From a virus: a stretch of DNA of 64,000 nucleotides. The position numbers and the translations under genes were made by a program. Positions within the stretch are counted from its first letter, which is position 1, and the number at the start of each line of letters is the position of its first letter. The notes beneath the pieces were generated by a model. That model was given only the letters and a program-made list of their open reading frames with translations, made no database searches and was not told the DNA's origin. Below are positions 63,885 through 64,000 of this stretch, one piece after another. The DNA lies in IMG/VR virus record IMGVR_UViG_3300023174_000097, positions 39,707 through 103,706 of that record; one strand, 5' to 3'.

Positions 63885-64000
63885 ATGGAATCTAAGTTTA
63901 ATCAGAAAACAAGCGATGGTCTTTATTCATTCAGTAAGAGTGAAGTATTTGAAGCATTAACTATGTGGTGTGCTAAAAAAGGTATTGATCTAAAAGATAA
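63885..64000 (+). CDS. Partial hypothetical protein (runs off the window)
   Basis: GAGGA SD; MESKFNQKTSDGLYSFSKSEVFEAL... stays open to the edge. Confidence 0.6.
   Translation, partial: MESKFNQKTSDGLYSFSKSEVFEALTMWCAKKGIDLKD

Noticed and set aside
1-64000. Stop-codon reassignment, as in some large phages
   Set aside because: Core genes are full length in code 11 and TAA, TAG and TGA all end genes; reading through TAG 63402 would not fix the deaminase frame.

Overview
This window is a 64 kb, AT-rich, almost entirely + strand segment of a large T4-like myophage with a contractile tail; it resembles the large environmental phages that carry ribosomal protein bS21. Gene order: baseplate/fibre genes (1-17 kb, with RuvC), GIY-YIG endonuclease, primase and an Mre11-Rad50 fusion, a lysis-like membrane trio, an Hc1-like protein, terminase, portal, putative head-internal proteins, prohead protease, bS21, a ~990-aa coiled-coil fibre, scaffold, major capsid protein, neck, sheath, tube, tail chaperone, tape measure, baseplate, and then an early block (minimal PolA, degenerate tubulin-like protein, gp32 SSB, UvsX, deaminase). 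Two promoter classes are visible: sigma70-type TTGACA-N17-TAnnnT before replication genes, and an ACTA(T/A)TTAT motif before structural genes. Main observations: (1) short terminal domains shared between fibre, neck and small adaptor proteins, suggesting a modular docking code; (2) a homing endonuclease between two diverged copies of the primase 5' end, both keeping a terminator-like hairpin with compensatory changes; (3) a shared N-terminal MKxxKxxLxxIIxEE tag on head-cluster proteins; (4) a +1/-2 frameshift site in the tail chaperone; (5) strong enrichment of [ST]G[ST] in exposed virion proteins. All protein calls come from reading motifs by eye; no database searches were run.
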